A stretch of DNA of 63,924 nt, filler included, from Nemertoderma westbladi (lineage: Eukaryota; Animalia; Xenacoelomorpha), in assembly GCA_032718475.1 (NCBI GenBank). It is 3 parts of 3 records of this genome, joined end to end, with 100 filler letters (N's around TTAATTAATTAA, not from the genome) between each part and the next. Parts side by side here need not be neighbours in the genome. Positions count along the whole stretch, not along the records: positions 20,845 to 43,747 come from JAUCBJ010005063.1; positions 43,848 to 63,924 come from JAUCBJ010006046.1; 1 more part is not named here. The stretch is one strand, 5' to 3'. Below are positions 37,361 to 49,545 of the stretch, in pieces (the first letter of the stretch is position 1; each line of letters starts with the position of its first letter). The notes under the pieces are model-generated. The model was not told the DNA's origin. It was given only the letters and a program-made list of their open reading frames with translations, and did not search any database. The translations under genes and the position numbers were made by a program.

Positions 37361-39604
37361 CTCTATTAAACCCGGGGGGGGGGGTCAATATGACCCCCCC
37401 CCCGTGGTTTTTTTATTATAATTCTGAAACAAACACAGTTGGGAATCTGAAATTTTATGACTTTTCCTAAAAATCTATTGTCTTCCTAGTAGTCAAAACC
37501 GTTTTCAAAAATATTGGGTACTTTTCGTGTTATAGCACCATTTTTTAACCCTACTTTTGGCACTTTTTTGAGACGTTTTTTGAAAATTACATTTCATTAA
37601 ATATGAATTGTAACATCTCTATTTTTGATTTACACCGGTTTTTTGGTGGTTAGAAATTTGATGGAATTCATATAAATTGATTTAGAAATTTCAAACTTGT
37701 TTTTTTCGGTGGGTGCCAAATTTTGGTGCCAGCACCAAATTTTGAATTATGTCAATTTTGTAAATTGATTGTTTGAAACTTGTTTTTTACGCAATTGGGG
37801 TTTTTTGGGGTTCTGGATTCGATGAAATATATACGAGTTGCACCAAGCGTATCAAACTTGTATTTTTCGGTGCTGTGTGCAAATTTTGGTGCTAGCACGA
37901 AATTTTGAAAATTCATTCGATAGATAAAATTGCTTGTGACAATTTATTTCTTGCGTTTTAGAGGTTTATGGCTGTTCTGAATTCAATGGAATAAATAATT
38001 ATCGAACTAGACATCTCAAACTTGTATTTTTCGGATGTGGGTGCAAAATGTGGTGCTAGCACCAAATTTTGAAAACCATCAAATATATCAATTGATTGTG
38101 TCACCTTGTTTCTTGCGTTATACGGGTTTGTGATGGTTCTGAATTCAATGGAATCAGTAAAAATTTCATAAGAGTTCTCAAACTGGTATTTTTCGCCAGT
38201 GGGTGAAAATTGTTGTGCCAGCACCAAATTTTGGAAAATATGCAAATTTATCAGTAGATAGTATCACCTCGTTTCTTGCGTTATACGGGTTTATGAGGGT
38301 CCTGAATCCGATGGAATCCATAAAAACAGCACTGGACATCGCAAACTTGTACTTTTTGGTGATGGGTACGAAATTTGGTGCTAGCACCAAAATTTGCCAA
38401 ATTACGCCGAAAAATACAAGCATCAATGATCTGGCATATTAGAAATGTATTCCATTAGAATCAGCGCAATCGAAAACCTGAAAATGTGAATTTATAGCAT
38501 CGTATAAGTGAATTATTATTATAACTATAACTATTATTAATTAATTATATTTTTACCTCAAAACTGCTCTTTTCAACAACATAATTTGTTGTTGAAAAGA
38601 GCAGTTTTGAGGTAAAAAAATAATTTATTTAAATAAAATTTAAATTTAAATTTAAATTATTTTATAAATTATTTATATTGCTGATATTTATGACTCTCTT
38701 TATAAAAAAAACCTTTTTATCAGTTTGTCGGGCGATTTTGACTTTTTTCATCACTAAATTCCCAACTACTATTTTATTTTTTACTCAATTGCCATCAAAC
38801 ATATACCAAAATGTTCAGCAGCTTTAGGACTACTATCGTTGGTTTTGTAAAACATGGCAGTTTGGATCTTCTAGACCCGGTTTTGTAACTTTATACTTTG
38901 TCTATTACAAAATATTTCAATCCCAAAATATAGCCCGGAAATACTAAAACCCCCATAAATTTTCCAAAAGCAACAATTTTGTGCTAAAATTTTCATAGAA
39001 GATAGCCTACACATCTAGCTCCATTTTACCCAAGAACTTCAATGCAGGTGGTTTTACAGATCCTTAAATGTGAGCTAATTTACATATAAATGCCTCAAAA
39101 TTTATACAATTTTTGAAAAAAAAACCGACCTGCTCAAAAGTGCCATATTTTTCGAACAAACGGTTTATGAAGCTACAGTATATATCTATACTCAGTGTTC
39201 ATAGTATATAAAAGATCACATATCATTGTGTTAAAGTTTCAGAATAGTAGCTTTATAAATAAAACAAATAGATTTGGGGTAATGGTCCTCCCATTAATAT
39301 ATTAAAAATTTAAGCGTGAGAAATTCTACCAAAACCATTACACTTTTACAGCAAAGGTTTTATAGGCATAATATGCCGTTTAGTAATGTTACAATTCTTG
39401 ATGAAAACTATTTTTGCAAATTACTTATTATTAAAGTACTTAGTACTTATTTGCACGCTGTATCCAACGAAAATACTCTACTTTTCCTTCGCAACATTTT
39501 CACAGTTTTTAGCAGCTTTTTCTTTTGAAGGGGTTTGCGGAAAAATATCAATTTTCGGGCCATTTTTGGAGATTACCAAAATGTGCCTTAGGGCCACCAG
39601 AGGC
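37361..39604. mobile_element. Second (chimeric) piggyBac-like copy
   Basis: TTAA at 37357-37360, then strong similarity to 30763-31900 up to about 38513. A different sequence follows, ending AGAGGC|TTAA (39605-39608). Confidence 0.65.
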
Positions 39605-41875
39605 TTAATCCGGCACTGGGTCATCAAAGTCATTGGGTGAAGTTATACCTATACTTTCTAATGTCCAGAATGCTTGCAGTAATTTTAAAATTACGTCATT
39701 TTCATTTTCATCTAATGTATCTGAATCTGTGTTTGTAATCTTAGTGATGATAGACATACAAGATCCAATGTTGTGTGGGTTAGAATGACTTAAATGTGTA
39801 TTGTAAGAAATTTTTCCCGAAAGCAACCAACCCACTCCGCTATCCAGTGCCACAAGATCAGAGTTAGTTGCTCTCAACACTGACCCGGAAACCAAGTTCC
39901 AATACTGATCGGCTCCCACCAACAAATCGATAATGAAATCACCTCCGTTATTTGGAATACTTATTGAAGGATCAGCCAACTCCGAAGCTTGTAAGTCTAA
40001 TGTACATGTTTCTTTCCATGCTTTATTTCCAATCCCTGCCTTTAGTGGTGGGCAAATATTGTGTGTTATTAATGCTTTAATATTCTTCGTAGAACCATCA
40101 CGTAAAATTAAAGTCAGCTGAGTGACATCATAAATATTTGGCTCTGTGCTGACACCTCCAAAACCTCCTACCTCACTACCTTGTTTACCGCACAACGGTA
40201 AATAATGTTTATCCGCAAACCGTTTTGTTATAAATGTAATTTGTGCGCCTGGATCAAATAATATGTTAATGATGCACTCCTGATTTGATGCAAGCAAACA
40301 GCGTACAACTGCTGTTTGTAAAAGAACGTCACCATCTGTTTCGTCATAATGTGGCATGACCATTTGTAATCCTGAAATTGGTTCTGTTGATTCAGTGTTT
40401 GTAATAACTACTGGTGCTTGTATATGTGTTGGATTTGGCTTGGTGTTTTTTCTACAAATCGATGTGTGGTGACCGTGAGAGTGACATATGTAACACGGTT
40501 TCTTTCTTCTGCAATGTCGTATTTGATGAGAGTTGTCGAGGCACTTATAACAACGATTGTTTGTAGTTAAAAAATTCCTCCTTTGTTCAACATCTGCTAT
40601 TATGTGACACGTTGATGAGTAGTGTCCTTGTTTGCAATACACGCAGTGGGGCATTGCTGCTGATGCTGGTCTGGAGAAGTTTGATACCGTTTGCTCTGAC
40701 TGGCGTGAGTTTCGGGTATCAAAACGCTGCATATTGTTTGCTCTGTAGTTGTTATTTGTATATTTATTAGTTGCTGAATTCGACACTACCAGTGCTGATG
40801 CGCTTGGCATTGCATATGATTGATTAATACTTCCATAAACTGCTTTATTGCTTTGAGATAATTCCGCTACAGCATCTTCCGTGGCTAAATGGATTTTCAG
40901 CTGTGCCATTACCCACTCTAAATTATCAACCTTGTTTTCTGTGAGTCTTAACAACCGTTTTGTTATATCAACTGATATTACCCTTAAAATATCTGGAATA
41001 ACTATTCTTTGGTACTCAACTGTTGTAACCCCCAATGCTTCCAATGCTCTTATATTTGATGTGCAGGTATCATAAACTTGTCGGAGGGTGCTCGCTTTGC
41101 CTAACCTATGTGAAATGTTACGTAACTGTTCAATGTGACAATTTATTATTCGACTCTCCTGCCCAAACTGCTCTTTTAATAATTCCATAGCTATACTGTA
41201 GTTATCCCCTGTTACAGGAAGTCCCGCTACGACTGATTTGGCTGGTCCCTCCAAACTTTGTATTAAGTGTTGGAATTTTAGCACATCTGGAAGCCCAGAA
41301 TCATGAATTGCTGATTGGAATGCATCCCTCCAGCCACAATAATTGAGAGGGTTACCATTAAATTTTGGTGGTTGTAATTTTGGCAAGACAGAACGTGCTA
41401 CTATACTACTACTATGAAATGTAGGAACGTTACTTGGCTGTACCGGTACAAAATTTTCATTAATCTCAGACTGATTTTGTACTACAGTACCCTGATAATC
41501 TGCATAATTAGCACCGGAAATTGAGAGTTTGAGTTTAGTGATAGTGTCAGATAGTCTAACCTCATACTTCACTGCACCTTCAGTGTCAGTTTCTACAATG
41601 TCCTCTTCCATCAGTGACCAAATCTTTTCGTTAATAATGTTTAGTCTTTCTCTGTAGTTTTCGAGTGTCGCTATCTTACTTGTTCGACTTTCAATGTTGA
41701 GAGTGCCAATGTCGTCCTCTATGGAGTCGATGGAGATTGTGGTAGCCGACCGAATGCCCTTCCTTGATCCACGTAGTTGACGCAATTCCTTTTCTTCCGA
41801 CATTGCCATGATGAATGATGATGATGCCGTTTCAATAATACCAGTGAACTTACTCAAATGTAATAAATTACTCAA
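39605..41875 (-). CDS. BEL/Pao gag-protease ORF truncated before RT (first ATG about 41809)
   Basis: PKLQPPKFNGNP..W..F (DUF1759), three CCHC knuckles, LFDPGAQ protease, IDLLVGADQYW, GWLLSG, FWTLESIGI. The stop codon is supplied by the TTAA at 39605. Confidence 0.92.
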   Translation of the reverse strand: MSNLLHLSKFTGIIETASSSFIMAMSEEKELRQLRGSRKGIRSATTISIDSIEDDIGTLNIESRTSKIATLENYRERLNIINEKIWSLMEEDIVETDTEGAVKYEVRLSDTITKLKLSISGANYADYQGTVVQNQSEINENFVPVQPSNVPTFHSSSIVARSVLPKLQPPKFNGNPLNYCGWRDAFQSAIHDSGLPDVLKFQHLIQSLEGPAKSVVAGLPVTGDNYSIAMELLKEQFGQESRIINCHIEQLRNISHRLGKASTLRQVYDTCTSNIRALEALGVTTVEYQRIVIPDILRVISVDITKRLLRLTENKVDNLEWVMAQLKIHLATEDAVAELSQSNKAVYGSINQSYAMPSASALVVSNSATNKYTNNNYRANNMQRFDTRNSRQSEQTVSNFSRPASAAMPHCVYCKQGHYSSTCHIIADVEQRRNFLTTNNRCYKCLDNSHQIRHCRRKKPCYICHSHGHHTSICRKNTKPNPTHIQAPVVITNTESTEPISGLQMVMPHYDETDGDVLLQTAVVRCLLASNQECIINILFDPGAQITFITKRFADKHYLPLCGKQGSEVGGFGGVSTEPNIYDVTQLTLILRDGSTKNIKALITHNICPPLKAGIGNKAWKETCTLDLQASELADPSISIPNNGGDFIIDLLVGADQYWNLVSGSVLRATNSDLVALDSGVGWLLSGKISYNTHLSHSNPHNIGSCMSIITKITNTDSDTLDENENDVILKLLQAFWTLESIGITSPNDFDDPVPD

Positions 41876-41899
41876 TTTAAATACAATTATAAATTTTTA

Positions 41900-42184
41900 T
41901 CGGGCGCCATGTCGTACATGTATCAACCAATTACTTGGTTGTAATGGAAAATGATCTTTTAATGTAAAACTTTACTGTTTTCTTGATAATATAAATGTTA
42001 ATTAATCTACACAAATCCCGTCACCTCAATACTTCATATATCAAATTAATTATAGTATGAGTCGAACACATGTTGGCACATAAAGTGGTACTGTAACTTG
42101 TATCATATTGTTTGCACAGTAAATCAATTAATGTAAGTGTGAGGTATGATCTCATAAGTGGATAAAATAATATATTGCACGACA
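41900..42184 (-). mobile_element. 5' LTR (41910-42184, 275 bp) and tRNA-Lys-type PBS of that BEL/Pao element
   Basis: Termini TGTCGT...ACGACA. PBS TGGCGCCCGA at 41909-41900 lies directly after the LTR. Confidence 0.85.
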
Positions 42185-42185
42185 A

Positions 42186-42578
42186 AAAGAAATCACAACT
42201 GGAATTACTCAGGTAAAACAAAAACTACTAACTAATCGATGAGAACAACGTAAAGATAAACCTACTTCAATTATATCCAAAAGATCGAATGAAAATTCCG
42301 ATGTACGAACTGATGACGTCATAATAGGAAAAAGTAAAAACTATCCACCCTGGCCTGGATTAATATTACCCGAGAATACAAAAATGGACGGAAATATTTG
42401 TCCAGTTAACGCCTTACCTGTTAGATATTTTGCTACCAATAGAACTGATTTTGTAAACAAGTTACAAATTTCCAAATTCGATTGTAATTATTTCAAAATT
42501 CGTACACGTTTGCTAGATAACGCTGTTAATTTAGCTCTACATTTTTTAACAAACTGTAAAAGTGATATAAAAAACTAA
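42186..42578 (+). pseudogene. PWWP-domain ORF remnant
   Basis: DDVIIGKSKNYPPWPGLI..LPVRYFATNRTDFV..ISKF..LDNAVNLA fits the PWWP pattern. One in-frame TGA at 42240. The 5' end is cut by the LTR insertion. AATAAA at about 42593. Confidence 0.7.
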
Positions 42579-42659
42579 TAGATATAAGTTCTAATAAATA
42601 TTAAAGTTTATTATTATAAATTGTATTTTATATTTGATAATTATTGATAATTACCCAAC

Positions 42660-43747
42660 ATTATATCTTCCTATCTTTGGCCCCTATCTTTCCTCCGATC
42701 CTCACTTCCACGGATCTAATCCTTCCGTCCTCGCCAGGGTAGCATTCAGTAATAGAATGCCCCCTGCTGTCAAAGAAATCTTCATCCTGGAGATTGGCCA
42801 TTACTTCATAAAACCCCTTTTCCGGTAGTTGACTGCTACTCTTGGTTCTTTTCTCACATCATATCATCATCATATCCACATCTGGCCCACTGACATCACA
42901 TCTGGCCCATCACTGCCCCCCCCCCCCCCCCCCCCCTCCACTCCTGTCTCAGGTCCGACCTTCTCGTTATCTCACAGAATTCATCGTCGTCCTTTGGTGG
43001 CAGAATGCCACCCTTCATTTCGTCGTCACTTGGCGGTAGAATGCCGCCCTTCATCTCATCCTCACTGGTACATGCTACCTCTGCTGGCCTCCCACTCAAT
43101 ATGTGCGCCGGCATTAAAGCCCTCGATGACCCTTGGTCATCCTTCGGGACGCATAATGGCTTACCATTTAATGCCCCCTCGCACTCTGCCAGCCCCGTAT
43201 TCAGCACGTCCCCTCTAACTTTCGTATCATTCTTTATCCCCAACTCCTCTCCCTTTTGATCAACCCTCTTATCTTTCTTCCTTTTCTTCCTCACCTTCTT
43301 GTTCAATCCCCATAGTATCGCTGTACTTCTCAGTTGGATCGGCGTCTCTCCCGGGCATCTCGCCGTCCACTCTTCCCCATCCCTGTACCGATACTTCGCC
43401 AGGAACGTCTGTCTTCCATCCCATTGCCTCTAGGTCCTGTGCATTGAACCCATTCTCCTCCGCCCACTCTCTTGCTGTTGCTCCTCCTCCTGACTCCTCT
43501 ATCGGTGGTATTTCTCTGGACTCATCCTCCACCCTTTCCACTATGTGTGGTTCCAGATCCATACCTGCCCCAGTCTCCTGGTCCCCGTCCCCGTACCCAG
43601 ATTATTATTTAAATTATTTAGATTATCTGGCGCACCAATATTTACATTATTATTAATCAAAACATTATTTCCTGCAAGAAATGTTTCATTATTATTAGGG
43701 TTATCTACTACGGTACTATTAATATTAACGTTCTCATTGAATGTATT
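42660..43747 (-). mobile_element. Degenerate 3' end of another BEL/Pao pol (integrase C-terminus + DUF5641-like tail)
   Basis: LAECEGALNGKPL..ALMPAHILSGRP and ITECYPGEDGRIRSVEVRI motifs. Confidence 0.7.
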
Positions 43748-43847
43748 NNNNNNNNNNNNNNNNNNNNNNNNNNNNNNNNNNNNNNNNNNNNTTAATTAAT
43801 TAANNNNNNNNNNNNNNNNNNNNNNNNNNNNNNNNNNNNNNNNNNNN
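43748..43847. other. Artificial contig linker
   Basis: 44 N + TTAATTAATTAA + 44 N. Confidence 0.97.
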
Positions 43848-46800
43848 GAACATCTGTTACTCGGTAACATAGGAAAATCGATTTGACGGGACAGAAAATC
43901 TGCTTTATTTAGCTTACCAGGTTGATAACGAACTGTATATTGATATTCGGACAACTTTATAGACCATCTCTGCAAACGGCCTGGAAGTTGTTGTTTACTA
44001 GAAAGACACGTCAAAGGATTATGATCCGAAATAATAGTAAATGGTCTACCAAGTAAATAGAAGCGGAACTTGGTAGTGGCCCATACTAACGCAAGACACT
44101 CCAGTTCTGTAATACTCCATTTAGCTTCACTAACACTGATAGACCTGGAAGCATACGCAATTACTTGATCAGATTGATAAAGAACAGCACCTAAACCTGA
44201 TCCACTAGCATCAGTCTCAAGAAAAAATTCTGAATGAAAATCTGGATGCCCAAGAATTGGTGATGATGTTAAACGACATTTCAGCTCCAAGAATGCCTCT
44301 TCGCAATCAACTGTCCACAGGAAACGAACATTCTTCCGTAACAGCATATTTAAAGGAGCTGTTATCTTACTATAGTCTTTAATAAACTTGCGATAAAATC
44401 CTGTAAACCCAAGAAAACTTCTCAACAGTTTTACACTAGTAGGCCTGGGATAATTACACATGGCTGTAGCCTTCTCATGATCAACGTGTATACCTTTACT
44501 ATCTATGATATGGCCCAGGAATTTAACACAGGAAGCCCCAAATACACATTTGGCTGGTTTGAGTTTGAGTCCTATATCAGTAAGACTTTGCAATGTAACT
44601 TTAATTAACTCTAGGTGGGATTCCCAATCGTTTGAATATAAAATAAGATCGTCGAGATACACTAATGCATGGGTAATATCCTCAATAGCAAGCTGCATTA
44701 GTCTCTGGCAAGTTGCCGGGGAACTTTGTAAACCAAAAGGAAGGCGTAAGAATTCGTAGTGTCCCCATGGTGTAACAAAGGCAGTCTTATGTGTGTCTGC
44801 AGGATCAAGTGGTATTTGCCAAAACATCCAACAGAAGTCGAGGGCTGTGAAATATTTAGGAGAAGATGCCCCAATTTCCGATAACATTTCGTCTACCCGG
44901 GGTAAGGGCCAAAACTGCGGAACTGAAACCGAATTGAGGCCACGTAAATCAACCGCTAACCTCCATCCACCATCTGACTTCTTAACTATAACAATAGGGG
45001 CAGCCCATTCACTAACACTGGGACGTATAACCCCAATTTCCTGCATTTTTGTTAAACGCTGTTTTAACTGTGGTCGTATGGCTATAGGTACAGCATAAGG
45101 TTTCTGACGAACAGGTGTTGCCCCTTCCTTTAATTGAATGTTATGAGTAATTTTTCCAGTTTTGCCTATATCGTATTCACCCTTAGAAAAAGTATCAGGG
45201 AAATTGGAAGCAATATTAATTATATCAGCACGTTGTTTGTCAGTTAAATGGTCCAATTTCAGCTCCTTATTAAAAAAATCAACCTTTTCTGCATTTTCAT
45301 CAGGGTCATCATCATCAATGACATTATCAATTTGATCAACTGACACTACATTGGGTGAGGTCTGATTTTGGTCTAAGCAAGTAAAACATGCTATACGTTG
45401 TTTCTCATATACCGTCACTGGGAAGTCATTCACGTTCATTATTTGAACAGGTACAGTACTATTGTTATTAACACTTGAATCAAATACACTTTTAGCTGTC
45501 ATAATTTGAGTTTTAGACCTAGTCACTGGTTCTAATACAATAGGTGTAGTTGGTCTAACAGCTGACTTAAATTGCCCTTCTATAATAGCATGTGCATTTG
45601 GGGGTATGACGACACGTTTACTACTAATGATGGATGTTGTAGCCCAGTACGTATGAGACGCGTTTTGGTTATCACTGACAACAGGTTGGTTGGAAAAATA
45701 AACACATTCACCATTACTTAAACGTAAACAACAATTAAAAACATCAATAACCGCTCTACTAATATCAAGGAAATCAGAGCCTAAAACAATAAATGTTTCG
45801 CTATGAGATAAACCTGTTAATGATAAATCCACCACATCAAAAGTTACTTGTATAGAAAATGACGGGGTAATAAAAACACGGGTTGTAATTTCACCTAAAA
45901 CCTTAAGTGAACCACCTAAACCTTGAACTGAATCCGTTCTACTAGGCTGTATAGTAACATTTGGAGCCACTTTACTAACATCAATCATACTATAATCTGA
46001 ACCACTATCTAGTAAACTTAAAATTTTACCACTATTAAACTCCGAAATCGAAACTTGTATACACCGACTCGATTTATTTCTACGGCTGGTAGTGGCATTG
46101 CTTTGTGGTTGTGTACGTGTAAATTGTGGGGTTGGAGGCTGTGATTGGTTTTGCCAATTAGGTTGGGGGCTGTAATTCCCATTGAAATTTGAGCGTTTAT
46201 TAGGGCAGTTGGGGCGAATGTGACCTGGTTCCCCACAATTGTAACACGTAACCCCATAATTAACTGACCTACCATGAGTACCGGTACCTACTATTGGCAC
46301 GTTATTATCAACATTACTACGATAATTATTATTATCAACATTACCACGATAATTATTATTATCAACATTACCACGATAATAATTATTGTCAACATTACCA
46401 CGATAATAATTATTATTATCCCGAAATCGATACGGCCTACTTGTATTACTGATATTTCTGTCGGTTAATCTGCTCGGATCCCTTCCAGTAGAACCACAAC
46501 TAGCCAGTTTTAAACTAGCCATTTCTCGCTGTAGTTGGTCAACTTGATCGTAGAGATGCGCTGTGGGTGTCGATTGATTTTTAAGTAAACCGCGGATTTC
46601 ATCCATATCCTTTTCTAGTTTATCGGTATTCGTAACGCCCTTATGGTCACCACATTGTAACCGTAATTGGCGGGGATTACTCCAAGATTCCCGCTCACTA
46701 TTATCAGATTCTCGTTCATGGTTTCTATTATTGCGATGTAGCTCGATCCTTCTAGCTCGCTGGACCGCGGTTTCGAAATCTGGCGGCTCAATCATGCGTA

Positions 46801-47422
46801 GCGTATCTGATAAATCCTCCGTTATTCCTCCATAGAATATCTGTAGAAGTAAGTCACTGCGTTGATCAGCCGCCATGTTCGGTAAAGCTTTAGAAGCAAG
46901 TGACTTTAAACGTTCAACATAAACATCAATAGGCTCCATTGGTAACTGTTTGCAGTTGAGCAATCGTGGATAATAGACACCCCTATCCTGAGCTCCGAAA
47001 TAATTACGCAACGCATCTCTAACTGTATTAAAGTTTTCTTGGCCGGCTAGCGGAATTTCCTCCAATAACCGTAACGCTCGTCCCCCCAAGTAGGCTCCAA
47101 TTGCCCTTCCCTTTACGTCATTATCCCACTCATTTAATCGAGATATTCGATTAAACGATTCTAACCATTCATCAATATCGCCAGCACCGGTATACGTAGT
47201 CGGTTGTTTATGGAAGTGTGCCATATTTCGGTTTTGAATAGGTTGTCCCAAAACCGGTACCGGTACTTGTAATCTCTCTAAGTCTAATTGCTGTTCAGTT
47301 CTAGGTAGGCCTACTCGTTGTACTGGTAGCGCTGGTTCTTCTTCACCCAGTTCTGGTATTCCTCGTAATACCGGTAATAATTTTCTGGCACGATTTGGTT
47401 TTCCCGGGAAATTCCGTCGCAT
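43848..47422 (-). CDS. Ty3/Gypsy gag-pol polyprotein (gag, CCHC, protease, RT, RNase H), uninterrupted up to the gap
   Basis: YTGAGDIDEWL..F, CYNCGEPGHIRPNC, LLDSGSD, VDLRGLN, LPFGL, YLDD, ETDAS, ELECLA, SDHNPL, ADFLSR. The listed stop is in the linker. Confidence 0.95.
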
Positions 47423-47513
47423 TCAACCCAACAGACTTTAGCCTACTTCAGTACCGGTACTTTAGCAGAAACACCGTGAAGTTATCCATTTAATTCATGG
47501 AATATCTTTCATC

Positions 47514-47860
47514 TCCCGGACGAGCCCCCATATGTAAGCCGGGTTTTCAGAATAATAATAAGAGTCCGACAGTCCGATAGTATATTATTATCCACAATAA
47601 GGCCAAAACACAAATATAAGTAAAATCAGAAAATAGTAGGATACCATACCGGTAGTACCTACAGTGCAGTATAACAGTATAAACAACAGACAGACAGACC
47701 AAGAACTACTACTGTCCTACACGTACACCGCGTATGAATATTTCTTAATATATCTAATAAAAAGGTAGTACGGCGGTTGTATATCATATCTCACATCTAC
47801 TGTATCTAAGAAAAAGGAAAATGTAGTACGTAGTACGGCGGTTATATCTCATATCTCACA
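47514..47860 (-). mobile_element. tRNA-Pro PBS (47514-47530) and 5' LTR (47533 to 47795 or 47860) of that Gypsy element
   Basis: TGGGGGCTCGTCCGGGA lies 2 nt after ...TTACA. The LTR start TGTGAGATATGA is duplicated, so the outer boundary is ambiguous. Confidence 0.8.
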
Positions 47861-48849
47861 TACGTTGTTTTATTCCAAAAGTGTAACATTACGAAACAAC
47901 TACTTAAGAAACACTGCATGTAAATTTTTGTTGTCAAGTAAAGTGTACATTTTTTGAAATTACTCAAATGTTACAATTATTGAATTATAGAAAGAATATT
48001 TAAGACTACTTCAATGGCCTACAATACAGTAGTAGTAGACTACATACTACGTAATGTGGTCCTATACGTCTATGCTACAGATACGGTATGTCTGAATGAA
48101 TAATGACTAGCTGTATGTTAAGTTATGTTATTAATATCGCCAGAATAACAATAAAATATTAATTTTTGCACATGTACGTACACGTACAGTATAGGCCTAG
48201 TAAAATAAAATGAACACATATCTGGCAAAGTACGCTAATAAGCGTATGTCTATGTACTATTGTAATAAAAATAATGGTATTCAGGTAAAATTAGTAAAAT
48301 AATTAAAATTATAGTTTATTTACAGTACTTACAGTTGGTGCATGTTAATTATTATAAAAAAATGAAATTACAGTAAAATTAAATTAAAAACCGGCAAAGC
48401 ATACTTACAGTAGGTTCAAGGGCTTCAACAACATACAGTACTAAAGGCAAACATATTAATAAGGGACAATATTACAATACTCTATACTATAGGATACAAC
48501 ACAACAATACGTAGTTATACGGAACATAAATTTGGTACCGTAGGTAGTACCGTATGTCGCATAAGTAAAATATTACTGCTGAAATAAAACGCGCAAAGTA
48601 AAGTAACTACAAAAGATATGAAAACAATTAAACATAAAAAAACACTATTTTAAGATTTAACACAAAAAAATGTTTTTTTGGGATTGAAAAAATGAAAATA
48701 ATAGGTACTGTAGCTAGATTTTAATAAAGATATCGTTGTATCCGAAAGATATCGCTTTTGCTACTGCCACTTTGGCGCACAGGAGTATCACTATATATTC
48801 ATTTTAAGGGACATTTCGCAGTCTAGTCTATATTTGAATATGCTCAATC

Positions 48850-49545
48850 ATGGAGTATGGAGTACCAAGGGTATTACGTGCATTACATTAACAACACTTT
48901 CCGGTAATGGTAAAGGATTCCAAATGTTTACAACGCTGTCTGCAAAGTTGTTGCGTGTTAGCATAGGTGGAGTTAGGAACGAAACTGGAAGAAATTACTA
49001 AAATCAATTTTGTCAATCCCGTTGATAAACTTGTATGTTGTTATAAGGTCGGTTACTGGGCTAGTACACGGCGATATATTAATGTCGGTAGTTTGAGTGC
49101 AAGTAGTCGGTTTTCATATGACAACTCAGCCAGTGATAGTACAACTGTACAAGGCGAGTGACCACACGGTGTTGTACTTGTTCAAGACGTTTAATATTTA
49201 TCATGTCGGAGGAATGGCGAACAAACAACTGTGTCGTATTCAAGGAGAGGAAGAACAGGGGATTTGTATAACAGGGTCAGAGGGTAAACATCGGAGCTTC
49301 CAAATATGTAAAAGTTCTTCGTATTAAATGTACGACTCGCATGGCGCGGGCTGCAGTCTTTGTGCAGTGAGCTGTGATGCTGTGAAGGACAAGTCTGGTG
49401 TAAATGTAATTCCAAAATCACGTTCCTCGGTTGCCGATAAAAGTGTCCGTCCATACATTGTGTAAAAAGTTGCTTGGGGATTTCTAGAACATAGATGCAT
49501 GCATGATCTTGCACTTGGAGTCATTGAACTGTAATTTCCAATGGT
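48850..49545 (-). mobile_element. Old CR1-clade LINE 3' fragment
   Basis: FNDSKCKIMH, EERDFGITF, LYKS..LPLLEY..V.SP, LSYENRL..LPTLIYRR; frameshifted. Confidence 0.8.

Noticed and set aside
42310-42332. CTGATGA...GAAA hammerhead-like words
   Set aside because: No stem II or stem I, and it lies inside the PWWP frame.
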